Shown: one piece after another, positions 8,304 through 18,785 of the stretch | How positions within the stretch are numbered: position 1 is the first letter of the stretch | Layout of the letters: each line of letters starts with the position of its first letter | From: a virus | Taxonomy: Duplodnaviria > Caudoviricetes | DNA: 62,955 nt | Virus record (IMG/VR): IMGVR_UViG_3300037511_000526 | Coordinates: 1 to 62,955 of that record | Direction: 5' to 3' (one strand) | The notes under the pieces: generated by a model | Seen by the model: only the letters and a program-made list of their open reading frames with translations | Told to the model about the DNA's origin: nothing | Database searches by the model: none | Translations under genes and position numbers: made by a program

Positions 8304-10127
8304 TTAATTAAGCGGTTGATTTACTGGCAAACCATTTTGCAAGCTGTCATTCATAATATCGGCAATAATATTTTTTCCGCTATCCAGTTTAGCTGCAATC
8401 TCTTTCGCGTAATCCAGCAATATTGCTTTCTGGTCCTTCAGGGGCAGCCCGGCAAACTTAGGATCTTCATCCAATGCACGTTGAACAAACTCGGTTATAT
8501 TACTACTGACAATATATGTTTCAGGCAAAATCCCTTTATTCGACAAACGGGCCATCTTTTCATCTTCGCTAATGTTTGGCAGTGGGTCGAGTTTCAACGT
8601 AAGAGATACCAGGTCACGAACAGATTCATCAGTATTGAAACGTTTGCTGGCATAATCTACCTCCATCGCATTCACTATAACTGGATTCGTTTTTCCGGTT
8701 TTAGCAGAATTTAATTCAGTCTGCATATTTGTAATTGACAGTAGATCGTATTTTTCGGGAACTGGTATTTGTGGCAACATCCTGTTGATTTCCTCAAAAG
8801 AATATAAGCCTTTATACCGGTAAAAGGCTACCACTTTATAAACACTGTCCATGATCTTCACCAGGTCTTCGGCAATAGCGTGTATGGTATTGTTTTGTTC
8901 GTCCCGGTCAACTGTTTTAGCCACACCAGATTGAGCCAATGGCACTTCGGCAAGCTCTTGAAAATTAATAGCCGCCAGCCCGTCGTAGATATGCTGCCTT
9001 ACGCTTTCGTCCATTAGCTTTACAATTTCAACATCCTTTTCTACGTAGCCTGCAGGCGGATTAGGGATAGATCCACCGCCTTCTATAGTTGACGGTTGGC
9101 GAATAAGAAGTTTAGAATAAGGCCCGGATGCAATATAACCATTATGGCAACCTGCATCGCATGGAGTTTGAATGGGGATATTTGCATCACATCCGTCGAA
9201 CCATAAGGGGTTCCGTCGTTGTCCTGTTCCTTTGCACACTGAGCACTCATGTTGCGTAAACTCCCAACGCTCTGGGTAGACATGAAGCACCTTGGCCGCT
9301 TGAAGGTCGCTGTATTCACGTAAGGCTTCATCTAACTCGGGCAATATCCCTGCTATGCGGCTTTCGTAAAGGAAATTGTGGCCCTCAGTTTCACAAACAA
9401 TGCCTCCAAGCTTGAAACATGGCAAGATATTCAGTCCGTGCTCATATGTACTTACTGGATCGAGGTTGCCTTTAGAATCAATTTGATCATATCTTGTTAT
9501 AGTAACATTATCTACGTAATAGTATGATTTTCCTATTTCTGTTACCCCTTTTTTAGTCGTATAAGTACAACCCAATGGATTATTCAGTATCGCATGATCG
9601 TCATATTTGAATTCAATGACATCGCAACACTCAAATATTAAAGGATATGGTTTTAAAAAATCTGTCTCACGAACGACTGTTTCAAGAGGCATAACCAATA
9701 CGACGCTGTTTGAATCTATCAGATATTTTTTTAGTACGACAGAAAACATCCAGTTGGTTACTGATTCAAAATACGGAAAGTTATTTTCACAGTAATCTTC
9801 CAGGCTTTCACCTTCACGAATTTTAGTGAATTCTCCCAGTTCCGGGAACTTGATCGACCAATCGGCACTGCGCCTGATTTTGCCGAGACTTGATAAAATT
9901 CGATTGAACGACGGGAGTGTTTTAGGAACCCATATCTTTTTACGGTATTCCTGCACTTCCAGCGGTTCGTTGGGGCGCCTACACTCAATCAATTCAGTGG
10001 GATAATATCCTTCAGCATGCGGGTCAAAAGCCTTGCACTTCTTCATTGTTTTGTCATAATAATAATGCCGCTTTTTATCTACAAAATACGGTTTCAATAT
10101 ATCAAATGAAGGTAATTCGTAAGCCAT
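8304..10127 (-). CDS. Portal protein with Zn-ribbon insertion
   Basis: 607 aa, QSGVAK..D motif, position before the minor head gene; CSVCKGTG...CDAGC insertion. Confidence 0.75.
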   Translation of the reverse strand: MAYELPSFDILKPYFVDKKRHYYYDKTMKKCKAFDPHAEGYYPTELIECRRPNEPLEVQEYRKKIWVPKTLPSFNRILSSLGKIRRSADWSIKFPELGEFTKIREGESLEDYCENNFPYFESVTNWMFSVVLKKYLIDSNSVVLVMPLETVVRETDFLKPYPLIFECCDVIEFKYDDHAILNNPLGCTYTTKKGVTEIGKSYYYVDNVTITRYDQIDSKGNLDPVSTYEHGLNILPCFKLGGIVCETEGHNFLYESRIAGILPELDEALREYSDLQAAKVLHVYPERWEFTQHECSVCKGTGQRRNPLWFDGCDANIPIQTPCDAGCHNGYIASGPYSKLLIRQPSTIEGGGSIPNPPAGYVEKDVEIVKLMDESVRQHIYDGLAAINFQELAEVPLAQSGVAKTVDRDEQNNTIHAIAEDLVKIMDSVYKVVAFYRYKGLYSFEEINRMLPQIPVPEKYDLLSITNMQTELNSAKTGKTNPVIVNAMEVDYASKRFNTDESVRDLVSLTLKLDPLPNISEDEKMARLSNKGILPETYIVSSNITEFVQRALDEDPKFAGLPLKDQKAILLDYAKEIAAKLDSGKNIIADIMNDSLQNGLPVNQPLN

Positions 10128-10129
10128 GG

Positions 10130-11014
10130 TTACATTTTTGCCCGGTCGGGTATGAAAGATTTTTTATCTATTAATGGAAAAACATGTTGGGTATGAAATT
10201 TATTAGCCGCGCACTTTATGACACGGTCATATAATTTTTTTATGTCACCAGTTGCATAATTGCTTCCACAACTCAATAAGTAATACCGGTTGTATATTTC
10301 CTCGAAATTCGTTGTATTATTCCCATGTAATCGAGGCCATAATGCGGGTATCCATTTGTATTGATGCGGTTCAATATGGTGAATAGCAGCACTTATATTA
10401 ATACCCAATTCATCAGGGATTTGATTGCCAAACATGATAATTGATTTTAATCCATGATTGGCATATACTTCTCTTGCGGTTGCAAAAAATGATCTCACAT
10501 TATCCGTTTTTTTGAAGTAAATAACCTCACTTCGCCATTGGTATATTTTGCCCTTTGTCAATTCATGCATCTTTATAATTTCATCAATATCTGCCCAGAA
10601 GTAATATTTTTTGCTTACTTCGCTGCGATCCCTCGTTTCAATGTTGAAGTATCCTTCTGTTATACCGGTATATTCTGCTTCAGAAAGTTCATTCATTAAA
10701 TCATTTGGTGATCTTTTCGGCAACCATGCCATATCTGCGTCCAGGAACAGCGTTTCTTCAAACGGACTTAACTCATCTAAATGAAGTTTACAAGCAAAAC
10801 CTTTCACTTTTTCCTCGGGCAATAAAATCATTTGGTCAAAAAAACGCCGTTGACTTTCAGATAAGTGATTTAAGGATCTTTCACTGTGTATGATGCATAT
10901 TGGAAAATCAGGATCAATAGCCTTTATTGACATCGATAAATTATATGCCATCCGGCCGTAATAAGGGTGACCAGTCGCAATGAGAACGATTCCTTTATTT
11001 TTGTTTTTTAACAT
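10130..11014 (-). CDS. GT-A fold glycosyltransferase-like protein
   Basis: KGIVLIATG N-terminus; KLHLDELSPFEETLFLDADM with DxD. Confidence 0.7.
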   Translation of the reverse strand: MLKNKNKGIVLIATGHPYYGRMAYNLSMSIKAIDPDFPICIIHSERSLNHLSESQRRFFDQMILLPEEKVKGFACKLHLDELSPFEETLFLDADMAWLPKRSPNDLMNELSEAEYTGITEGYFNIETRDRSEVSKKYYFWADIDEIIKMHELTKGKIYQWRSEVIYFKKTDNVRSFFATAREVYANHGLKSIIMFGNQIPDELGINISAAIHHIEPHQYKWIPALWPRLHGNNTTNFEEIYNRYYLLSCGSNYATGDIKKLYDRVIKCAANKFHTQHVFPLIDKKSFIPDRAKM

Positions 11015-12177
11015 GGTCCTAAATATTGAATATCATCTGCGCCTATAATATCCACTGGTACGCCGGGCGATTCCTCCATTGTACAAATTGTTGATGAAGA
11101 TTGATTTTGAACAAATGCATTTACATACACACCATTGCAATTCAAGTGAGTTATTTGTGTGTATTCGAAAGGTGGTCCACCAAAAATAAATACCTCATAT
11201 AAACCGCATCCTCCTGACGTTTCGCCGACTGTAGTAAACTGAATGCTGATGAATTCCGATGTTCCGCCTCCTTCACACACACTTTGAACATAAAAGGTAT
11301 ATGATGTTCCAGGCATAAGTGAATCATAAAGGACTGATATACCAGGGGTATTTCCGGTATTAATCGGGTTAAATAAATCAGAGCTTAAATAAAGCTGATA
11401 ATTATAACTTACAGGCGATGGTATTGGTATATCAAACCAATTTGGTGATGCGCTCGTTTCTGTTACCGTTCCGGCATCAAGACTGCCAGGCGCCAAGCAG
11501 GCTATTTCCGACCCATCCACATTGCCGTATACATCAGCATCATCATAACTCCCATTGGGGCATGTCACCCGGTAGGTAAGTAGATTTGCAAGCGTTGCAG
11601 ACGGTACAGTATCTTTTATAGTGATTGTTAAAATCCCGCTGGTTGCATCAATTGAAGCTGAAGCAATATATAATGAGTTTATAGTGACGATCTCAGCGGT
11701 AATAGGGCTGCAACATATAGAATCATTCTCAAAAACGTTATACTGGTACTGCTGGCTTTCTTCCAATACTTCATATGGACCCGTTATCGTATCGTCATCC
11801 AGACTTAATTGAGTGGCCTCATCACAGGTTTGGCAATTGTCATTTGAATAATTAAACGGTGTTACCTGAACTTTAAACTCCGCCTTTGCAAGTGGATAAT
11901 CCAGAAACCCGCTCCATGAAATTTCGTAGTCCCCTTCCGGCGACACACCGCCTAAATACCTTTGACCTTCAATTGTAACATCATCATGGGAAAGTGCAAT
12001 TTTAAGACGCTCATGGATAGCTTCCGCCAAATAGTTTGTTTCACCTTCATAAACCTTTCTTACGACCGCTGATAATGTTTTACTGGTACCATCTGCACGG
12101 CGGAATATATTTTGTTCACTCGGGAATTGCGGCCGAGTGATGTAGAAAGGCAGTCTTATTCTATTTTTGAATGGCAT
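11008..12177 (-). CDS. Virion structural protein with Ig/FN3-like domains
   Basis: Beta-rich, acidic, LMPGTSYTFYVQSVC FN3 signature. Confidence 0.65.
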   Translation of the reverse strand: MPFKNRIRLPFYITRPQFPSEQNIFRRADGTSKTLSAVVRKVYEGETNYLAEAIHERLKIALSHDDVTIEGQRYLGGVSPEGDYEISWSGFLDYPLAKAEFKVQVTPFNYSNDNCQTCDEATQLSLDDDTITGPYEVLEESQQYQYNVFENDSICCSPITAEIVTINSLYIASASIDATSGILTITIKDTVPSATLANLLTYRVTCPNGSYDDADVYGNVDGSEIACLAPGSLDAGTVTETSASPNWFDIPIPSPVSYNYQLYLSSDLFNPINTGNTPGISVLYDSLMPGTSYTFYVQSVCEGGGTSEFISIQFTTVGETSGGCGLYEVFIFGGPPFEYTQITHLNCNGVYVNAFVQNQSSSTICTMEESPGVPVDIIGADDIQYLGPC

Positions 12178-12204
12178 TATTGTTTCTTTTTACCGCTTAT
12201 TACA

Positions 12205-12429
12205 TCACATACTTTTCATTTTAATACTCCCGATATTATCCTCATACCATTTCGTCGGTTTGACATCTTCGGTAGAGTTCATTGCCTTTAAGGAATACTG
12301 CATTTCTTCCATCATAAGCCTTTGACTTATGGCTCCCATTTCACCGTCCGTAGGCTCTGATTCCATCATGTGACGTTCATGCCTGTCAATTGCTTTTTGT
12401 AGCCACATTTTTGCATTTTTCATATTCAT
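12205..12429 (-). CDS. Hypothetical protein
   Basis: ORF in operon orientation. Confidence 0.55.
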   Translation of the reverse strand: MNMKNAKMWLQKAIDRHERHMMESEPTDGEMGAISQRLMMEEMQYSLKAMNSTEDVKPTKWYEDNIGSIKMKSM

Positions 12430-12438
12430 AAAAGAAAT

Positions 12439-13194
12439 TTATCTAATTACAACTATACCATTAGCCGGTCCACCAAAATCGAAGGATAACGTATTTGGTG
12501 GATATGTGTCGAGTGTTGCTGTAATACCCATATTCACAAGATCAGTTCCGTCTGATATCCATACTTGAATCGATGGTACATCTCCATATAAATCCCTCAG
12601 ACTTTGTGTATATGGGATTGTTAATGTCGATTGGTTAGTAAATTGAAATATCGTCGGCTCGCATGATGTATCATCGCCACCGCCGCCAGAAGTCCCTGAA
12701 CCACAGTAATTGAATCCGTAACAATTTTCATCGCATCCATATTCTATAACAGATGTAAAGCAATTATCTGCAGTTCTTTCAAAGCAGTTGCTACAAAAAT
12801 TTGTAAGGCCAATTTGGACCCTAATCTTAAAGCATTCTCCATATCCAATTACGCCAGTGAAACCAGGTATACCATTTGACCAATTAACCAACATTTGCGT
12901 AGGTGACAGCCTAAATAAATCTGGTACATCATTATATGGATTGGCAGTAAATTCCAAAAGGAAATCTTCATCATCGCATGCCCTAACAATTCCTATTTCT
13001 ATTGGACTTCCATATACTCCGCACAGGGCATCAACTTCACTTTCTGTACCGGAAATAATAAACTGAAATGCCACATCATTATCAGTAAATATTGGAAGAC
13101 AGAAATTTAACCGGTCAAAGATGCAATGATCAATTCTGCCAGTTTCGGAAAACTGTACGAATGATTGCTGCGGAGATGTAATGCTATATGCCAT
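12439..13194 (-). CDS. Cys-rich virion structural (tail) protein
   Basis: Follows tail genes; C-terminal domain paralogous to 20167-20406 and 20409-21005. Confidence 0.6.
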   Translation of the reverse strand: MAYSITSPQQSFVQFSETGRIDHCIFDRLNFCLPIFTDNDVAFQFIISGTESEVDALCGVYGSPIEIGIVRACDDEDFLLEFTANPYNDVPDLFRLSPTQMLVNWSNGIPGFTGVIGYGECFKIRVQIGLTNFCSNCFERTADNCFTSVIEYGCDENCYGFNYCGSGTSGGGGDDTSCEPTIFQFTNQSTLTIPYTQSLRDLYGDVPSIQVWISDGTDLVNMGITATLDTYPPNTLSFDFGGPANGIVVIR

Positions 13195-13327
13195 TAATCA
13201 GTTCTTTATATTTCTCGTATAAAATTTTAATTAACTCCTGCTGATGAGAAGATTGGATATCCGGAAATTGAATATCTAAAATCAACTCAATTTGTTCAAT
13301 AATTTCTTCGTCAAGCTCCTTTGCCAT
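13184..13327 (-). CDS. Small hypothetical protein (47 aa, not in ORF track)
   Basis: Own translation MAKELDEEIIEQIELILDIQFPDIQSSHQQELIKILYEKYKELINGI fills the gap exactly. Confidence 0.55.
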   Translation of the reverse strand: MAKELDEEIIEQIELILDIQFPDIQSSHQQELIKILYEKYKELINGI

Positions 13328-15526
13328 TTAATCCCATTTTATTTTCAGTGTAAAATCGGCGTCTCCCCTGTTCAGCCTATATCTCATTTCCTGTATATAC
13401 CCTTTCTTCCATTCACCATCGCCACACTGATATGCCACATATCCATATGGATTATTTTTAATCGTTCTGTAATCTGCTACACTTAAGGGATAACGAAATG
13501 TTACATACTCCGGCCTCCATAGCGGTGTAGCATCTGCGGCAGCTATGAAATCATACTTTGACAAATCTCGATTCTCTGCCTTTACTCCGTTTTCCAATTT
13601 GCATATGCCGTCAAGTTCGCCTTCTGCCAGATAATTTCCCGTACCTGATGAAAAGAATAACTTATAGTTTGTGTCTGTTATATTCGGATAACTATTCGCT
13701 ATTGATTTAAACCACCGCATGAGATTTAAAAAAGGTCTTATGCGCCAATTGTACAGTGTTTCGGGGCTGAAAACATTGGCAGGATTGTCTATATTTCCTT
13801 GCTCTACATGGAAACCATAAGCCTCCCTCTCAACGCAAATAATGAATGTCTCGTTATCGTAGGTAGTATCAGCGGCGCCAGTATCAGCAAAACTCTGTTG
13901 CCTGGTAACTTCTATGGGATAACTACCTGCTACAAATTTCGATGTAATGTCGAGAACGTTGTTTATTGTTGAGAGCCCGGTTCTATATTCCCGGTTACTG
14001 TTTGGTTCATCCAACCCATTCACGCTTTCCACCTCCCATTTCTGGTAACCTGATCTAATTACACCGGTTACCAACTGTTCCTGTATGGATAATTCGCCAT
14101 CGGGTACCGCAGGCAAAGCAAGAATTTCCGTATCCTGGTAAAAATATTCTACCGGTTCAATACGCAACCAATCAAAGTTCGGAATAAATTGATTGGGCTC
14201 TATACCCATTCCGATGTTATCAATGCCGCGCAAGCCATCGAATAAGTCTTTTAAGGACGCAAAAAAAGCGGCATTATCAGCTCTGCGGATTTTCAGCCCA
14301 CTTGTGAGCACCCTCAAACTACCGCACCCATCTTCGCTACTGGAATATGGCTGACTATCCGTACGACCATAATAGTCCGATTTTACTTTTAAACAATTGT
14401 CGGTAATAGCCTCACTCACATGACTAAGTGTTTCATTGATGGCATAGACACTTGCTTGAGTGGCTGGACACGTCTTAACGGTAGAAATCCTAAAATATGT
14501 CTCAGGTTCAAATGTATTTTGTATGGTCCAATCCCCCGGCAATACGGCTACTTCAAGAACTGCATAATATCCGTAGTCCCGCTTTAATTCAATAGTACCG
14601 GTAAATGTTTGGTCATAGGGGGAATAATTTGGCACTGGGTGACCACCTGGACCGGTTGGGGGAAATATATCAAACTCTTGTATAACCGTAGCATGTGGCC
14701 CAAGAGTATCGCCATTATCAACAGGAAACCATTCCAGCCACCGTAATTTTGCCCATAGGAAATCGTTATTTCCATTTACTATTGTAAAGCTCCCCTTAAG
14801 CCTTATTTCATAATCGGCTTCGCCATTAAAGCAGCTAATATTATCTTCAAATAGAATCTGAGGACTAGGTGGCGGCCCTCCAAATGCCTGGTTCGTTGCA
14901 ACATTAATAGCTACGGAGGCAATCTGCCCCGTTTCTATTGAATTAAAGATTTCCCTTTCATAAATGGGTCTAAAATGCACGTAGCCACTCAATAACGACT
15001 CATTCGTTGCCGTTGCCGAACTATCACTAGATAATGAAACGAGCCCCTCGACGCGAACATCAAGCGCCTTTGCCGGCAATTCCATTTCAAAGTTCAATCC
15101 ATTATATTGCTGTAGAGCTGTCAATTTATCAAAGGCGACATTGCTATCCAGATTTACTTTCTGATCGTATCTGTTGCGCAGTGTCATAAGGCAACCAGTT
15201 TTCTCAACTGGCAGCTTTACTAAACAGGATGTGCCACACGTTTCAGTATATTTCCCAAAATCGAGCTTGCCTTCAAGAATGATTTCCGGTTCATCATATA
15301 TTCCGCATGCCTGCAGTGCCTTGAATGTAACATCTGCCTTCAATCCTTGCGTTTGCTTTTTATTACGCAGATAATCAGCAGCAATGCCGTAAAATCCTAG
15401 ATCCGATGTACTAGCTTCGAAAAAGATACCGTGCCAGTTATCATCACGTTTAATATTCAATACGATATCCGCAAACCCTTGCGGTTCGTCAATCTCGAGA
15501 TCGTCCAGATAGAATATAAAGTACAT
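13328..15526 (-). CDS. Tail tip / hub structural protein
   Basis: 732 aa beta-rich protein immediately after the tape measure gene. Confidence 0.65.
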   Translation of the reverse strand: MYFIFYLDDLEIDEPQGFADIVLNIKRDDNWHGIFFEASTSDLGFYGIAADYLRNKKQTQGLKADVTFKALQACGIYDEPEIILEGKLDFGKYTETCGTSCLVKLPVEKTGCLMTLRNRYDQKVNLDSNVAFDKLTALQQYNGLNFEMELPAKALDVRVEGLVSLSSDSSATATNESLLSGYVHFRPIYEREIFNSIETGQIASVAINVATNQAFGGPPPSPQILFEDNISCFNGEADYEIRLKGSFTIVNGNNDFLWAKLRWLEWFPVDNGDTLGPHATVIQEFDIFPPTGPGGHPVPNYSPYDQTFTGTIELKRDYGYYAVLEVAVLPGDWTIQNTFEPETYFRISTVKTCPATQASVYAINETLSHVSEAITDNCLKVKSDYYGRTDSQPYSSSEDGCGSLRVLTSGLKIRRADNAAFFASLKDLFDGLRGIDNIGMGIEPNQFIPNFDWLRIEPVEYFYQDTEILALPAVPDGELSIQEQLVTGVIRSGYQKWEVESVNGLDEPNSNREYRTGLSTINNVLDITSKFVAGSYPIEVTRQQSFADTGAADTTYDNETFIICVEREAYGFHVEQGNIDNPANVFSPETLYNWRIRPFLNLMRWFKSIANSYPNITDTNYKLFFSSGTGNYLAEGELDGICKLENGVKAENRDLSKYDFIAAADATPLWRPEYVTFRYPLSVADYRTIKNNPYGYVAYQCGDGEWKKGYIQEMRYRLNRGDADFTLKIKWD

Positions 15527-18501
15527 TACTTGCTGCTATATCTTTTGTCCATGTAAATTTTTCGGCTCATACCCTGCTGCTGCCATATTTTAAACCCATG
15601 TTCATCAATGTTGAATCCAGGTATATTAATATGTCTACCGACGGCTTTACCAAGTTTATCATAGTCAATGCCTTCAAATTTAGCTGCCGGCTTCTGCCAC
15701 TGCATCAACTGTTTATCAACATTTGGCATCAGCATATCTTTCGTCTCTGTAGGATTATATACTTTGTCCTTAGCACCCAGCCAAACTATCTGCGGTTTCT
15801 TAGCAATGAACATTTGCCCGTTCTGTTCATACAACTCGGCGCCGGTTTCGCCAATTTCTGCAGGACCTTCATAACCACTTTTCTTACCGTGGCCGAAACG
15901 GGGCAGCGGCCGTGACGCAATAACAATAGCCTGCGCCGCTGCGATAGCTGCATATATTGCCCCCACAATGGGGCCGCCATCTATAAGTCCTTGCAGAAAT
16001 GCCTGCGGAATCGCCAGTAAGGCTCGGAATACCGCTAGATTCTTATCCCTTTGTGCCTGTTGCTGTTTAGCCTTCTTTTCTTCCGCCTCGATTCTCTTAT
16101 TTCTTTTATTGGCTTCAGCCTCAGTAATTGCTCCTGATTCTAAAAGGGATGCTATTTTTTCTTTTTCTGCAGCGATTCGATCATTCTCTTGTTGCGTCTG
16201 CGTTTCATTAATGTTAGCCACCAAATCGGCCAACTTTGTAGCAATTTGGATCGCTGCATCAATTCTTTTTCTTGTTTCCGCCTTTATTAAATCGGTCGTT
16301 GCCTTCTCATTATCTTCTGTGATTTTCTTTTTCTCATCTTGCAGTTGTTTATATTTTAAAATATAATCCTTTTCGCTTATGAGCTTCTTATTCTTTTCTT
16401 CTTCTAAAGCGGCTAATTGAATATCAATATTTTCAACCTGGAAATCCGCTAGTTGTTTGATCGCCGCTTTTCTCGCACTTAATGACTTCTTTTCATCGTT
16501 AATCGTTCTTTGCAATGCTCGATTAGAAGGGCCATTATCGGCAGTTCGAATATCAATTTCATACTGGGCCGCATCGTCAATAAATTTCTTTCGTACTATT
16601 AGGATATCCGCATCCCGCCTTGCATTGATCTCTTTTATTTTTGCCGAATTACCTTTTGCCGCATCGACTTCTATTGCAGCAGCAAGTTCAATATTTGCAA
16701 TTTGGAGGACTAACCGGTCATCATCATTGGTCTTAATTTGAGATATCTGCGCATTGTTTAAACTTATCTGTGCTTCTATCGATTCACGTCGCACTCGTTC
16801 ATTGTATTCTCGCTGAAGTTTTAACCGGTCCTGAAAGCCTTTTTCAATAATAGCCCGCTTTTCCGCTTCACTGAGTTTCGTACTGGTATTCTCAGATTGA
16901 GCCTGCAGCTTAATTTGTAGTTGCCGCAACTTTAATTCTTCTTCCGATCCTTCTTTCACGTTGACAAGTTGCGCCTCTATGCCTTGCAGTTGGAGATCGA
17001 TGCGACGTTTATTAAATGCCGCTTCAAGTTCAAGTCTTTCCTGATTTGACTTAGCAATTAACGTGGCTCGTTCATTCTCAAGCAGTCCATCGGCGTTTAA
17101 TTCTAGTGCGGTTCGTGCGGCAATTAATCTGCGTTGTATATTCAATTGCTTTTGACTTCCTTCTGCAGCAGCGGATAATTCTGCTTCGAGACCTGCGATA
17201 GTGTTCTTTAATCGTTCTTCGTTTAGAATTTTTTGCTGTTTAGCAGAAAGATTATTAATATTTATTTGATCAGCTATTGCCTGATCATCCAGTTTTCTGA
17301 GTTCAGCCTGCAATTCCTGGCGCTTCTCTAATTCTGCATCCGCAGTTTGCGCCTGCAAGTCCCTGAGCTCTGCTATTCGTTGTTTACGGGCTTCCGCTAA
17401 TAGTTGTTCATTTACAATCCTCTGCTTAGCAATATCACTTTCCCTGACACCTTCATTTTCAAGAGCATTTATAGCGGCATCACCCTGTTGTTTAATAGCC
17501 TCCGTCCTTTCCTCGAAAACCTTCGCGCCGCCCGACAGCGCCGCATTCAGGCTGCTTGTCTGTTGTCTAGCAGCCGCTGCACTCTTACCATACGTCGCCA
17601 GGATCGTTATAAGCCCCGCCACGGCCACGACCAAAATACCGATGGGGTTAGCTGCCATGGCAGCGTTGAGCGCCTTCTGCGCTATCGTAGCGGCGCCACG
17701 AACTATGATCGATTCGGATTCGAGACCGTTTTCGATCACTTTTTGTGCGTTCTTAACTTTTAATTGCACATTGGTTGCCAGCAATGACAATGCACCTTCT
17801 TTTTCCAGTGCGGCACTTACGCTTTGCAATCCTTGTGTTATAGCTATTGCTGCGTTTACTTTGAGTAGTGTTTTTTGAAGATCCTCGTTTTCATCACCGA
17901 ATAATGCAGCGGCGCCCTGAGCTACTGCAAACCCGCCTGCCACCGCCTGGGCTGATCCTAATAAATTGTCAAATGTTCTAGTATCACTTCCGGCGTTCTT
18001 AATTTCCGCTGCTGCATCACCAATTGCATCTTTAATGTTACCGGCTTCAATAACCATTTGCTTGTATTGATCGGTATTATCTTTACCCGCAAGTTTTAAT
18101 TCTGCTATTTGTTGAGTGAGATTCTTTAATCGCTGGCGAAGACTGTCGGTTGACTTTTCAACTTCTGTGCCACCAGAGGCCAATGCATCTGTAAATTGCT
18201 CGACACTTACACCGGCATCTTTCAATGTCTCGATCACACCCTCCTGAAATCCGATCATAAAATCCTGCGCAACCTTTTTGGTAGCCTTATCGACATCTTC
18301 CAGGTTCTTTTTCAGCGGAGCGGTCGATCCTGCAGCCGATTTAATGGCGGATGATTGCTTATTGATCTCAGCGGTAGTTTGCTTGAATGCACCAGCCAAT
18401 TTGCTATCAATGGCACCTGTCTTTTCAAGCTGATCAATAGCGGATTCAAGTTGACCCGTTTCAGTAAGAAATTCGATTATTACCTGTTGTGTTTCTGCCA
18501 C
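15526..18501 (-). CDS. Tail tape measure protein
   Basis: 991 aa Ala/Glu/Lys-rich helical protein, ANPIGILVVAVAGL segment, GTG start. Confidence 0.9.
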   Translation of the reverse strand: MAETQQVIIEFLTETGQLESAIDQLEKTGAIDSKLAGAFKQTTAEINKQSSAIKSAAGSTAPLKKNLEDVDKATKKVAQDFMIGFQEGVIETLKDAGVSVEQFTDALASGGTEVEKSTDSLRQRLKNLTQQIAELKLAGKDNTDQYKQMVIEAGNIKDAIGDAAAEIKNAGSDTRTFDNLLGSAQAVAGGFAVAQGAAALFGDENEDLQKTLLKVNAAIAITQGLQSVSAALEKEGALSLLATNVQLKVKNAQKVIENGLESESIIVRGAATIAQKALNAAMAANPIGILVVAVAGLITILATYGKSAAAARQQTSSLNAALSGGAKVFEERTEAIKQQGDAAINALENEGVRESDIAKQRIVNEQLLAEARKQRIAELRDLQAQTADAELEKRQELQAELRKLDDQAIADQININNLSAKQQKILNEERLKNTIAGLEAELSAAAEGSQKQLNIQRRLIAARTALELNADGLLENERATLIAKSNQERLELEAAFNKRRIDLQLQGIEAQLVNVKEGSEEELKLRQLQIKLQAQSENTSTKLSEAEKRAIIEKGFQDRLKLQREYNERVRRESIEAQISLNNAQISQIKTNDDDRLVLQIANIELAAAIEVDAAKGNSAKIKEINARRDADILIVRKKFIDDAAQYEIDIRTADNGPSNRALQRTINDEKKSLSARKAAIKQLADFQVENIDIQLAALEEEKNKKLISEKDYILKYKQLQDEKKKITEDNEKATTDLIKAETRKRIDAAIQIATKLADLVANINETQTQQENDRIAAEKEKIASLLESGAITEAEANKRNKRIEAEEKKAKQQQAQRDKNLAVFRALLAIPQAFLQGLIDGGPIVGAIYAAIAAAQAIVIASRPLPRFGHGKKSGYEGPAEIGETGAELYEQNGQMFIAKKPQIVWLGAKDKVYNPTETKDMLMPNVDKQLMQWQKPAAKFEGIDYDKLGKAVGRHINIPGFNIDEHGFKIWQQQGMSRKIYMDKRYSSK

Positions 18502-18785
18502 TGTCTTTTATTTGCTTTTTGAGAGAAGCTAATTTTGTATCGAGTATTGACCAATACTCCGGTAGTGGCATGCGGTTGTACGCATCAATTAGGGAGGGAT
18601 TAAAATCAGCTAACCAGTGAATTTGCTCAATATGCTCGTCTACTGATTTGCCGACAATATTTTTGTAACTGCGGTTCGGTGTATTACGTCTATTTGTTCC
18701 GATACCTGAAAAAACGTTCTTGTACTTCCGACGGCAGGTTTCAAGGACGGTATCAATTCGCTGGCAAGCCTGCTCAAAAAAAAAT
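18461..18785 (-). other. -1 frame extension of the tail assembly chaperone (gpGT-like)
   Basis: T9 run (GAT TTT TTT TTG) at 18776-18784; -1 frame open for ~107 codons to TGA at 18461, including HWLADFNPSLIDAYNRMPLPEYWSILD. Confidence 0.6.
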
